Shown here: in pieces, positions 53,854 through 63,339 of the stretch
How positions within the stretch are numbered: the stretch's first letter is position 1
Layout of the letters: the number at the start of each line of letters is the position of its first letter
IMG/VR virus record: IMGVR_UViG_3300025466_000012
Coordinates: 96,001-160,000 of that record
DNA: 64,000 nt
Source of the DNA: a virus
Strand: one strand, 5' to 3'
Notes under the pieces: model-generated
Seen by the model: the letters and a program-made list of their open reading frames with translations, nothing else
Database searches by the model: none
What the model was told of the DNA's origin: nothing
Position numbers and translations under genes: made by a program

Positions 53854-53856
53854 ATA
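53851..53856 (+). promoter_or_regulatory. T4-type late promoter motif
   Basis: TAAATA whose TAA is the dnaE-fragment stop. Confidence 0.55.
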
Positions 53857-53878
53857 AACATCTCTTGGAGGGCAACAA

Positions 53879-54358
53879 ATGACCAAAAAAATATACACAA
53901 CAGCACAAGGCAAATCAGTGGACCTGGGTGCTATAGTTTTGAAAAATCAACATGTGCGTGCAGTGGGTAACATGAATGTGAATGCACGCGGTGATCTCTT
54001 GGACGGCAGCAGTCGAGTGATTGATACCAGAAACAACCAAGTCACACAACAGCTGGCCAAAACCACACAACCGTCTACAGTCAGCAACCGGCCTTTGCAT
54101 ACCAGTACTGTGGCTGCACGACGCAACAGCGACCCTGGTACACCTACGGTAACACCAGCAGTCGCACAACCTGTTCCGGTACCAGATACAACGGTGGCCG
54201 TTGATCCTGTGATCGCACCACCGTCTGACACAATACCCGCAGAATCAACACAGGGTGGACTGGCAGCGGCCATGGCACGATCAAGAACTGTGACACAAGA
54301 AAAATTGGTCAATCCCAAAGAAGCTCTCAAACTCAAACCAGGAATACAAAAACTATGA
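53879..54358 (+). CDS. hypothetical protein
   Basis: YTTAQGKSVDLGAI...RAVGNMNVNARGD N-terminus, P/T/V-rich linker. Confidence 0.75.
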   Translation: MTKKIYTTAQGKSVDLGAIVLKNQHVRAVGNMNVNARGDLLDGSSRVIDTRNNQVTQQLAKTTQPSTVSNRPLHTSTVAARRNSDPGTPTVTPAVAQPVPVPDTTVAVDPVIAPPSDTIPAESTQGGLAAAMARSRTVTQEKLVNPKEALKLKPGIQKL

Positions 54359-54741
54359 CAGCCAAAGCCGCTTATGCTCCACACATAATTGCACAACATC
54401 AATTGCGTGCATTGAAAAAAGATGTGATCGTGACCGACATGGTGTTTGATGTGCGTATCACACAAAGCGGCATCATTTTGCCCAACGACAACGGTACTGG
54501 TCTGGGTATCAGACCCAGATGGGGTCAAGTGTATGCAGTGGGTCCTGAACAGACCGATATTCAAGTAGGACAATGGGTATGTGTGGCGCATGGCAGATGG
54601 ACTCGAGGAATTGACATCGAAGATGAATCGGGCAAAAGAGCCATACGCAAGATTGATCCTGCAGACGTTCTACTGGTTTCAGACCGTTGCCCGCAAGATG
54701 AAAGCATGGGCGATGCAGTACATGTGCCCAAAATGTCCTGA
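54355..54741 (+). CDS. groES: co-chaperonin GroES
   Basis: LRALKKDVIV...ITQSGIILP...GQVYAVGP...IQVGQWV...DVLLV. Confidence 0.8.
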   Translation: MTAKAAYAPHIIAQHQLRALKKDVIVTDMVFDVRITQSGIILPNDNGTGLGIRPRWGQVYAVGPEQTDIQVGQWVCVAHGRWTRGIDIEDESGKRAIRKIDPADVLLVSDRCPQDESMGDAVHVPKMS

Positions 54742-54744
54742 TTG

Positions 54745-54969
54745 ATGGGTTTCCAAAAACCCAATATTGAACCGGCCTATCAGGCTGTGCGTGGTGTACT
54801 GACAGAAATACACAGTCCATACAACGACGGTTTTACCGGAAGCAGTTGCAAACAAGAACTGTATGTGTTAAAATGTTGGTTAGAGGACGAATACAATCGT
54901 TTGCCAACATTTGCCGGAGAAGAAAAATGGGAACAGGAACGCCTGATAATCAAACTGAAACAGCCATAG
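54745..54969 (+). CDS. hypothetical protein
   Basis: SPYNDGFT...CKQELY motif. Confidence 0.7.
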   Translation: MGFQKPNIEPAYQAVRGVLTEIHSPYNDGFTGSSCKQELYVLKCWLEDEYNRLPTFAGEEKWEQERLIIKLKQP

Positions 54970-55124
54970 TGCCGTGTCACATCTGTGGACAGGTTCCAAG
55001 CGCAGCCTGTGACTGGCGACAAGGTCGTTGTCCCTATCACAAAAGTCTTTTGGAGCAGATCCTGGACGACAACCACAAGGCAAGATTTTTCAATCTACTG
55101 AACTGGTTCAACAAGAAAAAATGA
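54969..55124 (+). CDS. small Cys/His zinc-finger-like protein
   Basis: GTG start, CHICG...CDWRQGRCPYH. Confidence 0.6.
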   Translation: MPCHICGQVPSAACDWRQGRCPYHKSLLEQILDDNHKARFFNLLNWFNKKK

Positions 55125-55558
55125 TCCTGGCCTTGCGCGATGACCTCATGGTGCAACAGCAGTTGCCTGGTGGGTTGGATTCTGGGCTAGGTGCCTGGCA
55201 ACACATGACCGCTGTAATCATGTTGAACCAGACTGGTCGCAAGCCGGTCAAAACAGTAGCGCCTATATTTTGGAATCGTTGGAAAAGTCCCTACTCATTC
55301 CTGCACGCCACCGAACAAGAAGTCAAGGATGTGATCTGGCCCTTGGGTATGGTCAACGTTCGCTACAAGCGATTGCATCAAATGAGCAGAGACTTTTTGA
55401 CTTGGGACGGCCGAGATGCTACAATATTGTATGGCATCGGCAAGTATGGATCAGACAGCTATGAGATATTCTTCAAGCAGAACTACTCAGTCAATCCCAC
55501 TGACAAAGAACTTAAACGCTATCTACTAGAGGAAATTTATGAAAGAACTATGGACTGA
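55121..55558 (+). CDS. HhH-GPD superfamily DNA glycosylase (MBD4-like)
   Basis: WQHMTAVIMLNQT, PLGM...R..RL..MS, LYGIGKYGSDSYEIF, PTDKEL..Y. Confidence 0.8.
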   Translation: MILALRDDLMVQQQLPGGLDSGLGAWQHMTAVIMLNQTGRKPVKTVAPIFWNRWKSPYSFLHATEQEVKDVIWPLGMVNVRYKRLHQMSRDFLTWDGRDATILYGIGKYGSDSYEIFFKQNYSVNPTDKELKRYLLEEIYERTMD

Positions 55559-56459
55559 GAAGTACCGTCCTGCCGCAGCAGCTGAATATGTGTTCACAGA
55601 TGACGCACAACGACAGCAGATCGAATCATGGATACGAGATCAGTCAATCCCGCACCTGTTGCTGAGCGGACGAGCCGGCACAGGCAAGACCACCTTGGCC
55701 AAGATGCTGATCAACGAACTCAATGTGGATGAATACGATGTCATGTACAGCAATGGTAGCAAAGAAGGTCGCAAGATTGAGTGGATCGACAAGCTGATCA
55801 ACTTTTGTCAAACCATGCCGTTTGGTCGTGTCAAGATTGTGTTGATTGATGAGGCCGATTATCTAAATCCCAACAGTGTACAACCGGCCTTGCGTAATCT
55901 CATGGAAGACTATAGCGAAACTGTGAGATTTATCATGACCTGCAATTATCCCAACAAGATTTTGCCAGCCCTGCACAGTCGTTGTCAAAATCTACAGATC
56001 AACCGAACTGATCTAACTGAGTTCACGGCACGAGCAGCCACTGTGTTGGTCACGGAAGCTGTGGAATTTGACCTAGATACTTTGGACAGCTATGTGCGTG
56101 CCACATATCCGGATCTGCGCAAGTGTTTGCAACTGCTACAGGCCAATAGTATCACAGGTGCCTTGATGCGACCCAGTGAAACAGACAGTGCAATCAAGGA
56201 CTGGCGATTGGATGCTGTTGAACTTTTCAAAGCTGGTCGCACACGTGAAGCCAGGACCTTGATCTGTAATCAAGCGTCCGGTGAAGACATGGACAGCCTG
56301 TTCCGCTGGATGTACGACAATTTGGAATTATGGAGCACGGATACGGAACAACAGGATCAGGCCATCGTGATCATCCGCAACGGCTTGGCCAATGTGCCCT
56401 TGGTTGCCGACCAAGAGATCAACATTAGTGCTACCTTAGTTGAGTTGTGTCAGCTATGA
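55539..56459 (+). CDS. clamp loader ATPase subunit (gp44/RFC-small-like)
   Basis: WTEKYRP, GRAGTGKTT, IDEADYL, ALHSRC, PDLRK. Confidence 0.92.
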   Translation: MKELWTEKYRPAAAAEYVFTDDAQRQQIESWIRDQSIPHLLLSGRAGTGKTTLAKMLINELNVDEYDVMYSNGSKEGRKIEWIDKLINFCQTMPFGRVKIVLIDEADYLNPNSVQPALRNLMEDYSETVRFIMTCNYPNKILPALHSRCQNLQINRTDLTEFTARAATVLVTEAVEFDLDTLDSYVRATYPDLRKCLQLLQANSITGALMRPSETDSAIKDWRLDAVELFKAGRTREARTLICNQASGEDMDSLFRWMYDNLELWSTDTEQQDQAIVIIRNGLANVPLVADQEINISATLVELCQL

Positions 56460-56746
56460 GATACCTACTGTTAACCTATTATCGCGATGCTCGCGGACAG
56501 GCCAACGAAGTCATGACTGTGAGCCGCAAATTAAAAACCCGCGATTTACAAACGGCCAATACCATACTTGACTTTAGAGATCAATGTGTCGTAAAATGTA
56601 CTATAGAAGGAAACAGTGTGCCTAAAGATTGGAATCACATTGTGAGTTATTATTACCAACACTACTCGGCCACTATAGAAAGACTGTTTAATGAAAATGG
56701 ACACGAAATCAAAATCGAAAAACTCCAATCGACTGATCCTAACTGA
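56456..56746 (+). CDS. hypothetical protein
   Basis: ATGA coupling to clamp loader. Confidence 0.7.
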   Translation: MRYLLLTYYRDARGQANEVMTVSRKLKTRDLQTANTILDFRDQCVVKCTIEGNSVPKDWNHIVSYYYQHYSATIERLFNENGHEIKIEKLQSTDPN

Positions 56747-57302
56747 CTGTGACGGAGTGTTGTTGGACTGGGAATGGGCATTCAGCGTATGGATGCAGGA
56801 ACGTGGCTACACTCTCAGAGATGACAACAAGAAAAGCTATTACTTGCACAATCACTACAATGAGCTGACCGAAACCGATGCTCCGGCTGTGGTGCGAACA
56901 TTCAACGAAAGTGCCGCAATTGGATTCTTGCCAGCACTACGTGATAGTGCGCACTATGTGAGACTGTTGCACGAGCGTCATGGATACCGGTTTAGAGTGA
57001 TCACCAGCCTCAGTCTGGATCGCAACGCACAACGATTGCGTGGTAAAAATCTCAGAAAGATATTTGGCAATGCCATAGAAGATGTGATCTGTCTAGACAC
57101 CGGTGCTGACAAAGATTCGGCCCTGGAACCCTATCGCGATAGCGGATTATGGTGGCTGGAAGACAAACCAGCCAATGCCGATCTAGGGCATCAGCTGGGT
57201 TTGAAAAGCATCTTGATCGAACACGGACACAACATGTCGCATGAATGTGCGTATCCGATCGCCCGTGATTGGCAACGTGTTTATGAAATGATTACGGCCT
57301 AA
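56697..57302 (+). CDS. HAD-superfamily 5'(3')-deoxyribonucleotidase-like
   Basis: LTDCDGVLLDW (DxD), ITS, KD, WLEDKP.N. Confidence 0.85.
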   Translation: MDTKSKSKNSNRLILTDCDGVLLDWEWAFSVWMQERGYTLRDDNKKSYYLHNHYNELTETDAPAVVRTFNESAAIGFLPALRDSAHYVRLLHERHGYRFRVITSLSLDRNAQRLRGKNLRKIFGNAIEDVICLDTGADKDSALEPYRDSGLWWLEDKPANADLGHQLGLKSILIEHGHNMSHECAYPIARDWQRVYEMITA

Positions 57303-58033
57303 TCAGCATACATTTTTAGAACCGATCCTATAATAGCATGGCGTTGCACATCGCGCCCGGTCAGTTTACAAACCACGATTCCCGACACAGTGTCCTGATC
57401 CAATCGACTGATCAAGTCTAGTAGACCGTTATCAGCAATTCGTTTGTCTGCTTGATCTGTGTCGCCCGTGATTACTATTTTTGAGCCCGACCCAATGCGG
57501 GTCATCAGCATTTTACACTGGGCTGGGGTAGCATTTTGCATTTCGTCAGCGATGATAAAACAGTCCTTAAAAGTACGACCTCTCATAAATCCCAAGGGTG
57601 CAATTTCGATGGTCTGTTCTTCTAACATATTAGTAATGTCCTGCTGTCTGTAATATTCACGCAAAATATCAGTTAATGGGCGAACCCATGGATCCATTTT
57701 TTGATTTAAATTACCTGGCAAAAATCCATGTTGCTCGTCCTCTACTGACACTGCCGGGCGGGTCAAGACTATCCGCTCACATTCACCTTGTCTAAGTGCT
57801 CGTACAGCGGCCAGCATGGCCAGGTAAGTTTTGCCGGTTCCGGCCGGTCCCACAGTGACCACTATGTGTTGGTCCGTGTCCTGTAGGGCCATGACCAAGT
57901 GTTCTTGATTCCGGGTACGTGGAATCAGCTCGACTGGCTTTGGCTGTCGCTGTCGGCGTACTTGATCGAAGTTTATGGTATTTTCTACTGGTGTCATACG
58001 GCGTTGTGCTTTTTGCGCTCGATTTCTGCTCAA
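57299..58033 (-). CDS. phoH: PhoH-like ATPase
   Basis: GPAGTGKTYLA, LTRPAV, GFLPG, APLGFMRGRTF, IADEMQNAT, TGDTDQAD, RHAII. TTG start with GGGAG RBS. Confidence 0.93.
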   Translation of the reverse strand: MSRNRAQKAQRRMTPVENTINFDQVRRQRQPKPVELIPRTRNQEHLVMALQDTDQHIVVTVGPAGTGKTYLAMLAAVRALRQGECERIVLTRPAVSVEDEQHGFLPGNLNQKMDPWVRPLTDILREYYRQQDITNMLEEQTIEIAPLGFMRGRTFKDCFIIADEMQNATPAQCKMLMTRIGSGSKIVITGDTDQADKRIADNGLLDLISRLDQDTVSGIVVCKLTGRDVQRHAIIGSVLKMYAD

Positions 58034-58197
58034 AACAATCTCCCGGTGGGTTGGTTGAATGACAGCAGGATTGCTGTCACTGATATTTAGGTACTTGCAC
58101 ACGGATCTTTTATAGGCACTGATAATTGAGTTTTTTGATCATAAGTATTTGACTAGGCTAGACAATCCGGCTTTTTCATTGCAGTGCGCCACTCGGC

Positions 58198-58203
58198 TAA
58201 ATA
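58198..58203 (+). promoter_or_regulatory. T4-type late promoter motif
   Basis: TAAATA upstream of ATG 58209. Confidence 0.55.
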
Positions 58204-58208
58204 CTTGT

Positions 58209-58814
58209 ATGGCAAAAGACAATTTCCTCAACAACAAAGACCAGCCCTTGTTCAAGGACGGTGCCGACTACTGGCAGGTGGCAGAAAACATTCGTGATAT
58301 CTACATGAGCGAAGGCAGTCTCAGTACCTTGCTGGATTTTGAGCGAGTGTTGGACGAATTAGACCTATACGCTTTCAAAAACTGGGCCATAGGCGAACTG
58401 GTTTCAGGACCCGATATCGGCAAATATCGAGTAGGAGCCATATTCATGTGGCCCGAAAATCTCATGCCGGACCCTAGAGGCGGCACTAGACTACTGCCGT
58501 TTGACTGCGAGGTCAAGTACAAAAAGACCACCATGAAGATCCCGATCCGGATCGAGGATCCGTCCGACTACAGACCCGGTACCAAAAAAGCCCGTATCAC
58601 AGAAAAAAAGATTTGGCTGGTAGAAATCACCATGCCCAAGAGCCTCATGAGCGATATTCGTACCGGTTCGATTGAGCTGGAAGATCAGGACATTGATCTG
58701 GAAGAATTGGACAGTGCCTACGAGCAGGATCTAGACCAAGACAGTTATCAAAGCGACCAAAAGGCCGAAAATGCACAACAAAATCTACAAGCCCAAGCTA
58801 CCAGTCCTTTCTGA
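58209..58814 (+). CDS. conserved hypothetical protein (late, acidic)
   Basis: LLDFERVLDELDLYAFKNW..GELV.GP motif. Confidence 0.75.
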   Translation: MAKDNFLNNKDQPLFKDGADYWQVAENIRDIYMSEGSLSTLLDFERVLDELDLYAFKNWAIGELVSGPDIGKYRVGAIFMWPENLMPDPRGGTRLLPFDCEVKYKKTTMKIPIRIEDPSDYRPGTKKARITEKKIWLVEITMPKSLMSDIRTGSIELEDQDIDLEELDSAYEQDLDQDSYQSDQKAENAQQNLQAQATSPF

Positions 58815-59337
58815 AGCCCTGGCATTCAAGGACATGGAAGGGCTCATGAAGCCCACCATACACGTGGATGAATTCAGCAGCAAGATGGGCGACGACGACG
58901 ACATCATAGTGATCAGTTTCTTTGTACGAGATCAGCAGGCCAGCAAGGATCTCATGCACTGGTTTGAAAAAGGCTACGATTTCGTGATCGACGCCGACTG
59001 TAGTCCCGGTGAGCTCAAACCCAATCGCTATCTGGTCTACGTGGAAATTCGTAGACGCAGCACAGCTGGTGGACATGTGGAACAACTGTTGCAAGATCTA
59101 GACACCTTGACCGAGTATTCAGTCAAAGACTGGATCATGCACTATCGCGATCATGAAACTCCGTTTACCAGAGAGACTTTTGATCGACTGGTTCCGCTCA
59201 GCCCAAGAGCCTATCGAGAGCGGGTGGAAGACAAACTCAACGAAGTAAGATCAGCTGCTGGTCTACCGGTACGTGCCGTGTACGATACACAAGACAAAAG
59301 CCTACAGACCTTGCAAAGCGCAGCCGGAATAATTTAG
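58771..59337 (+). CDS. conserved hypothetical protein
   Basis: LSEAL.FKDMEGLMKPTIHVDEFSSKMG. Start uncertain (44-nt overlap). Confidence 0.7.
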   Translation: MHNKIYKPKLPVLSEALAFKDMEGLMKPTIHVDEFSSKMGDDDDIIVISFFVRDQQASKDLMHWFEKGYDFVIDADCSPGELKPNRYLVYVEIRRRSTAGGHVEQLLQDLDTLTEYSVKDWIMHYRDHETPFTRETFDRLVPLSPRAYRERVEDKLNEVRSAAGLPVRAVYDTQDKSLQTLQSAAGII

Positions 59338-59369
59338 ATCTGGTCACACGCATAGGTATATAACTACCT

Positions 59370-60038
59370 ATGCGATTAAAAAGTTTTGGATGCAGTTTTA
59401 TATTTGGATCAGAGCTGGCCGATGATGGTCGAGAATTGTTATTCGCCACCAGCAGTCAGTTGACCTGGCCAGCGCACCTGGCTCGGCATCTAGGACGAAC
59501 CTACGAATGCCATGCCCGACCCGGGTCAGGCAATCTACAGATCTCGGAATATGTGCTGAACCATGCGGCCGATGCTGATGCCAATGATTTGTTTGTGATT
59601 GGTTGGACCTGGATCGACCGTTTTGATTATTACCCGGCCAATCCTCCACAACACAAACGCTTGCAACCCTGGCGCACCATCATGCCCATTGATTGCGACC
59701 CCACAGCCCAGGTCTACTGGCGTGATCTACATTCAGAATATCGAGACAAATTTGCTGCTCTCAGCACCATCAAGTTGGTGATTGACACCTTGCAACAAAA
59801 ACATATTCCATTTGTCATGACCTATATGGATCGATTGCTGTTTGATCAAAGGTGGCATACGTCACCGGCGGTGCTTGACCTACAGTCTTGTATCAAATCT
59901 CACATGCGCCTGTTTGAAGATCAAACGTTTTTAGAGTGGAGTCGTGCCCATGGATATCCTGAAGGTGCGGCCAGTCATCCGTTAGAACAGGCTCACAGAG
60001 CAGCTGCTGACATCATGATCCGGGCTTTCGATAACTGA
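59370..60038 (+). CDS. SGNH/GDSL-like hypothetical protein
   Basis: FGCSFIFG, TWPAHLA...G..N, C-terminal HPLEQAH. Confidence 0.6.
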   Translation: MRLKSFGCSFIFGSELADDGRELLFATSSQLTWPAHLARHLGRTYECHARPGSGNLQISEYVLNHAADADANDLFVIGWTWIDRFDYYPANPPQHKRLQPWRTIMPIDCDPTAQVYWRDLHSEYRDKFAALSTIKLVIDTLQQKHIPFVMTYMDRLLFDQRWHTSPAVLDLQSCIKSHMRLFEDQTFLEWSRAHGYPEGAASHPLEQAHRAAADIMIRAFDN

Positions 60039-60744
60039 AATACAAGCGTTCGTTGCCGTCTTTTTTGAACTCCAGCAACTGTAGATCGAACTGTTCGGCA
60101 AATTGGTTCACAATTTCAAATGACCACGGAAATATGTCCACATAAGGTCCGCTCTTGTGAGCTATGCCCGGATTGGCTCTGAGATAAAAATAACCACCGG
60201 GGGCTAATAGATCCACACAGTGGGCGAATCTGGCTTCAATTTCGTCTCGACTGTTGAAGTTTATGCTTCCTAGTGCCATGATATGATCGTAACGTTGGCT
60301 GACCCGATATTCCAGGATGTCCACTTCATAATCGGCACAACTGTTGTAAGGATCGATTCCGATCAGATTGGGTATGCGTCCCCGGAACGGATGGTAACCA
60401 CAGCCCACATCCAGCACAGCTCGAGGATCGGCAGCAGTGATACGTTCGGCCAGGCCCCAGCCGGTATAGTCGTAGTCGCCGGTTCTGGGTTTCCACATCT
60501 CACGGAAGAATCTGTCGGTATAGCGTTGGCTGAGATCATCAACTATTTGTTCCAAGGTTCCACGATATTCGCACGGCAGTCCCAGCTCGTGTTCAATCGC
60601 ATCCTTGAATTTTCTATAACGAGCCGGAGTCCAAGGCAACGCATCCACTACAGTACCGGCATTGATCACGATGTTTTTGTATTTGGGTAAAGAGAAAGTT
60701 GATTGCAAATTTTTTGTAATTAGATTAAAAATTTTAGTATTCAT
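60013..60744 (-). CDS. class I SAM-dependent methyltransferase with extra N-terminal domain
   Basis: VLDVGCGY, IGIDPY, YDHIMALGSINF, LAPGG.FY.R.NPG. Confidence 0.8.
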   Translation of the reverse strand: MNTKIFNLITKNLQSTFSLPKYKNIVINAGTVVDALPWTPARYRKFKDAIEHELGLPCEYRGTLEQIVDDLSQRYTDRFFREMWKPRTGDYDYTGWGLAERITAADPRAVLDVGCGYHPFRGRIPNLIGIDPYNSCADYEVDILEYRVSQRYDHIMALGSINFNSRDEIEARFAHCVDLLAPGGYFYLRANPGIAHKSGPYVDIFPWSFEIVNQFAEQFDLQLLEFKKDGNERLYFSYRKPGS

Positions 60745-60835
60745 ATTGATTTTTCCATTATCGATAAATAAATGTACAGAGAGATAAAAATTTTTACCTG
60801 GTCTGTAATTCATGATAACTATTTAAGGAGATTTT

Positions 60836-61531
60836 ATGAACGCAAAACAATTTGTAACCAAGATCGTGGCCGACAACCAGGCTCTGTTTCAAGCCAGCCA
60901 GCACAATGTAAAGGCCTACTTTGATTCAAAACCAGCTCAAGAAGAACTGGTCGCACACTTCGTTGGTCGTATGGTCAATGAAAGAATGAACATGGTCGAA
61001 ATCAGCCAGGCCATTGCCAACATGCCCGCCGATACAGATCCAGTAGAACTGCAACTGTTGACCAAACAAGCCCAGGACGAAGCCAATCACTTTCGTATGG
61101 TCAAGGAAGTCATTGAGCATATCCAGGGCAGTCCGGTTGATGTCGAAGCTGCCATTGCCGCTGAAACAGCCAAACCCACTGCCAAAGGTGCCGGTTTGCT
61201 GGCCAAGTACGATGCCGAATCAGACCCATTGGCCTTGGCTGCATATCAATTGGTTGCTGAGGGTCGTGCCGAAGCAGTATGGAACACCATGGCCGAATGT
61301 TCACCTGATGCTTTTATCAGAAAAACCTATGCCAAGATTGCCAGAGACGAAGGTTTCCACAGCAAGATCGGTGCTAGAAAATTGCAACAGTTGTTGAAGA
61401 CCGAAGCTGATTTTGCTCGTACCCAGACCTTGGTAGAAAATCTACGTCGAGACCTGTATGAAATTTCATGCCGCAACACCGTGGCTGCTGACGCCGGCAA
61501 AGCACTGGTAGCGGACGCCTACGGTTGGTAA
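60836..61531 (+). CDS. ferritin-like diiron-carboxylate protein
   Basis: E(NERMNMVE)...DEANH...E(LVAEG)...DEGFH four-helix ligand pattern, strong AAGGAG RBS. Confidence 0.8.
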   Translation: MNAKQFVTKIVADNQALFQASQHNVKAYFDSKPAQEELVAHFVGRMVNERMNMVEISQAIANMPADTDPVELQLLTKQAQDEANHFRMVKEVIEHIQGSPVDVEAAIAAETAKPTAKGAGLLAKYDAESDPLALAAYQLVAEGRAEAVWNTMAECSPDAFIRKTYAKIARDEGFHSKIGARKLQQLLKTEADFARTQTLVENLRRDLYEISCRNTVAADAGKALVADAYGW

Positions 61532-61532
61532 T

Positions 61533-62552
61533 TTGAAAAAATCCACAAACCTAATATATTATTTTGGTGGGTGTTACGGGACCTTTGTTGAATGGTCCTG
61601 TAACTTTTTTTCAAAGGGTGCTGACTTAACTGATTTGCCTTTTACCGAAACCGGAAGCAGTCATGACTTTCATGGTGGGTTGTTAACGCCGAATATCTTA
61701 CCTAATTATGTAGAATCTACCAGAACAGATCGGTATGCAAGATGTCATCCTGGAACGTTTAAAGGGTTGTTTGAAAAAACCAACTCAAACCAGGTGATAC
61801 ATAATAATTTATACCGTGACACAATGAAATTAGAATTATCATATCTGTCAGATAATTTTAAAAAAATATTAATTTTATACCCTACTCAAGATACTCGGTT
61901 ATGGTACGAGAACAATCAGTTGCAAAAAGTTCTAATATCTGAATCAGACTATCAACTATACTTTGAACCAGCTGGGCTTTCTCGAGATTATATGAGAGCT
62001 GCAATGACCAAAGATCCCTTATCAAGATTTAAAATTATGCTTGAACAAGAATTAGATTCCAAAAATATTTCTCAATGGGGCAAACAGAATATATCGGATT
62101 TTGACGAATGGGAATTGAGAGAATTGTTGTCAATGTATTGGTTTAATCGCGATAAAGACCTATACACATGTTGTCCAGAACTAAAAACTAGTTTTCCTGA
62201 AATTAAATTTATTTCTATAGATAATTTCAAGAATAATTTTCAAAAGACTGTAATAGATTATTTGAACTATTTTGAAGTCGACATTGATCAAGATAAATTA
62301 TATCAATTGGATTTTGTAAAACAAGAATGGAATGCCGTACAGCATCATATCAATACGGATAGTTTGGTTAAAAAGATTATCAACAGCATAATATCACAAC
62401 AAGAGTTTGAATGGGAACCGCTGACTATACTGGACGAAGCATACCTACAAAAATGTTTAGCAGATGCGGGGATTCAGATAAAATGCTACGAATTGAATAA
62501 GTTTCCAACAAACACCAAAGATTTTTTGCCATTGCTGGAATATACAGCATGA
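61533..62552 (+). CDS. AT-rich hypothetical protein
   Basis: 339-aa ORF with TTG start, YYFGGCYGTF N-terminus, WELRELLS motif. Confidence 0.65.
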   Translation: MKKSTNLIYYFGGCYGTFVEWSCNFFSKGADLTDLPFTETGSSHDFHGGLLTPNILPNYVESTRTDRYARCHPGTFKGLFEKTNSNQVIHNNLYRDTMKLELSYLSDNFKKILILYPTQDTRLWYENNQLQKVLISESDYQLYFEPAGLSRDYMRAAMTKDPLSRFKIMLEQELDSKNISQWGKQNISDFDEWELRELLSMYWFNRDKDLYTCCPELKTSFPEIKFISIDNFKNNFQKTVIDYLNYFEVDIDQDKLYQLDFVKQEWNAVQHHINTDSLVKKIINSIISQQEFEWEPLTILDEAYLQKCLADAGIQIKCYELNKFPTNTKDFLPLLEYTA

Positions 62553-63109
62553 AGATAGGACTTACTCAACGAGTCCTGATGTTCAAGGAACGGGCGTATG
62601 ACAGCCTGGGTCAAGAATGGTATTCTTACTTGAAAAGTCATACGCTTGTTGCTGTCCCTAATAGGTTGGATCAAGATTTTGACAAACTGGCAGACGAGCT
62701 AGATCTGCTGGTTATCACTGGTGGTGATGATCGCTTGATCAGACGCACCACAGAACTACGGTTGTCCACCGCACTAATGAAACAGCAGAAGCCCATCCTG
62801 GGCGTGTGTCACGGCGCATTTCTGTTGACCGATGTGCTAGGCGGCACGATAGGTCGCAAAGACGGACACCGTGGCGGGGTCAATCACCAGATCCGGTATC
62901 GTGATAAAATGCAACAGGTCAACAGCTATCACGGGCTCGCAATCAAAACAGCTCCAGCATCAGCTGATGTATTGGCTGTGGACGCCGACGGTGACTGCGA
63001 AGCCTGGATCAGTGGCACTGTAGCAGCAGTGGTATGGCATCCCGAACGCATGACAGATCCCTGGTTGCCGGATGAAATACAAAGTTTATTATTCAAGGAA
63101 GATCTATGA
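62549..63109 (+). CDS. class I glutamine amidotransferase (peptidase C26/PuuD-like)
   Basis: LVITGGDD, LGVCHG (nucleophile), VNSYH, VWHPER. Confidence 0.85.
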   Translation: MKIGLTQRVLMFKERAYDSLGQEWYSYLKSHTLVAVPNRLDQDFDKLADELDLLVITGGDDRLIRRTTELRLSTALMKQQKPILGVCHGAFLLTDVLGGTIGRKDGHRGGVNHQIRYRDKMQQVNSYHGLAIKTAPASADVLAVDADGDCEAWISGTVAAVVWHPERMTDPWLPDEIQSLLFKEDL

Positions 63110-63339
63110 AATTTCATGAAACAAAAATGCGTAGCCTGGTCAAAGGCATCTGTTGGAAAATCATTGGCGGTATTATCACCGCCTTTATCGTGTACTATTT
63201 GGCCACTCTAGGTTACAGCGCGACCAAGACTGCCACCGTGGTATTGGTATGTCAATTCACCATCAACACTGTTGCTTTTTTTGTGCATGACCGTATCTGG
63301 AATAGAATCCAATGGGGTCGGGAGATAAGCCAAGCATGA
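63106..63339 (+). CDS. DUF2061-like membrane protein
   Basis: ETKMRSLVKGICWK...FVHDRIWNRIQWG. Confidence 0.75.
   Translation: MKFHETKMRSLVKGICWKIIGGIITAFIVYYLATLGYSATKTATVVLVCQFTINTVAFFVHDRIWNRIQWGREISQA

Noticed and set aside
58771-58814. Programmed frameshift fusing the two overlapping late genes
   Set aside because: No convincing slippery heptamer with downstream structure. An ordinary overlap or a later start explains it.
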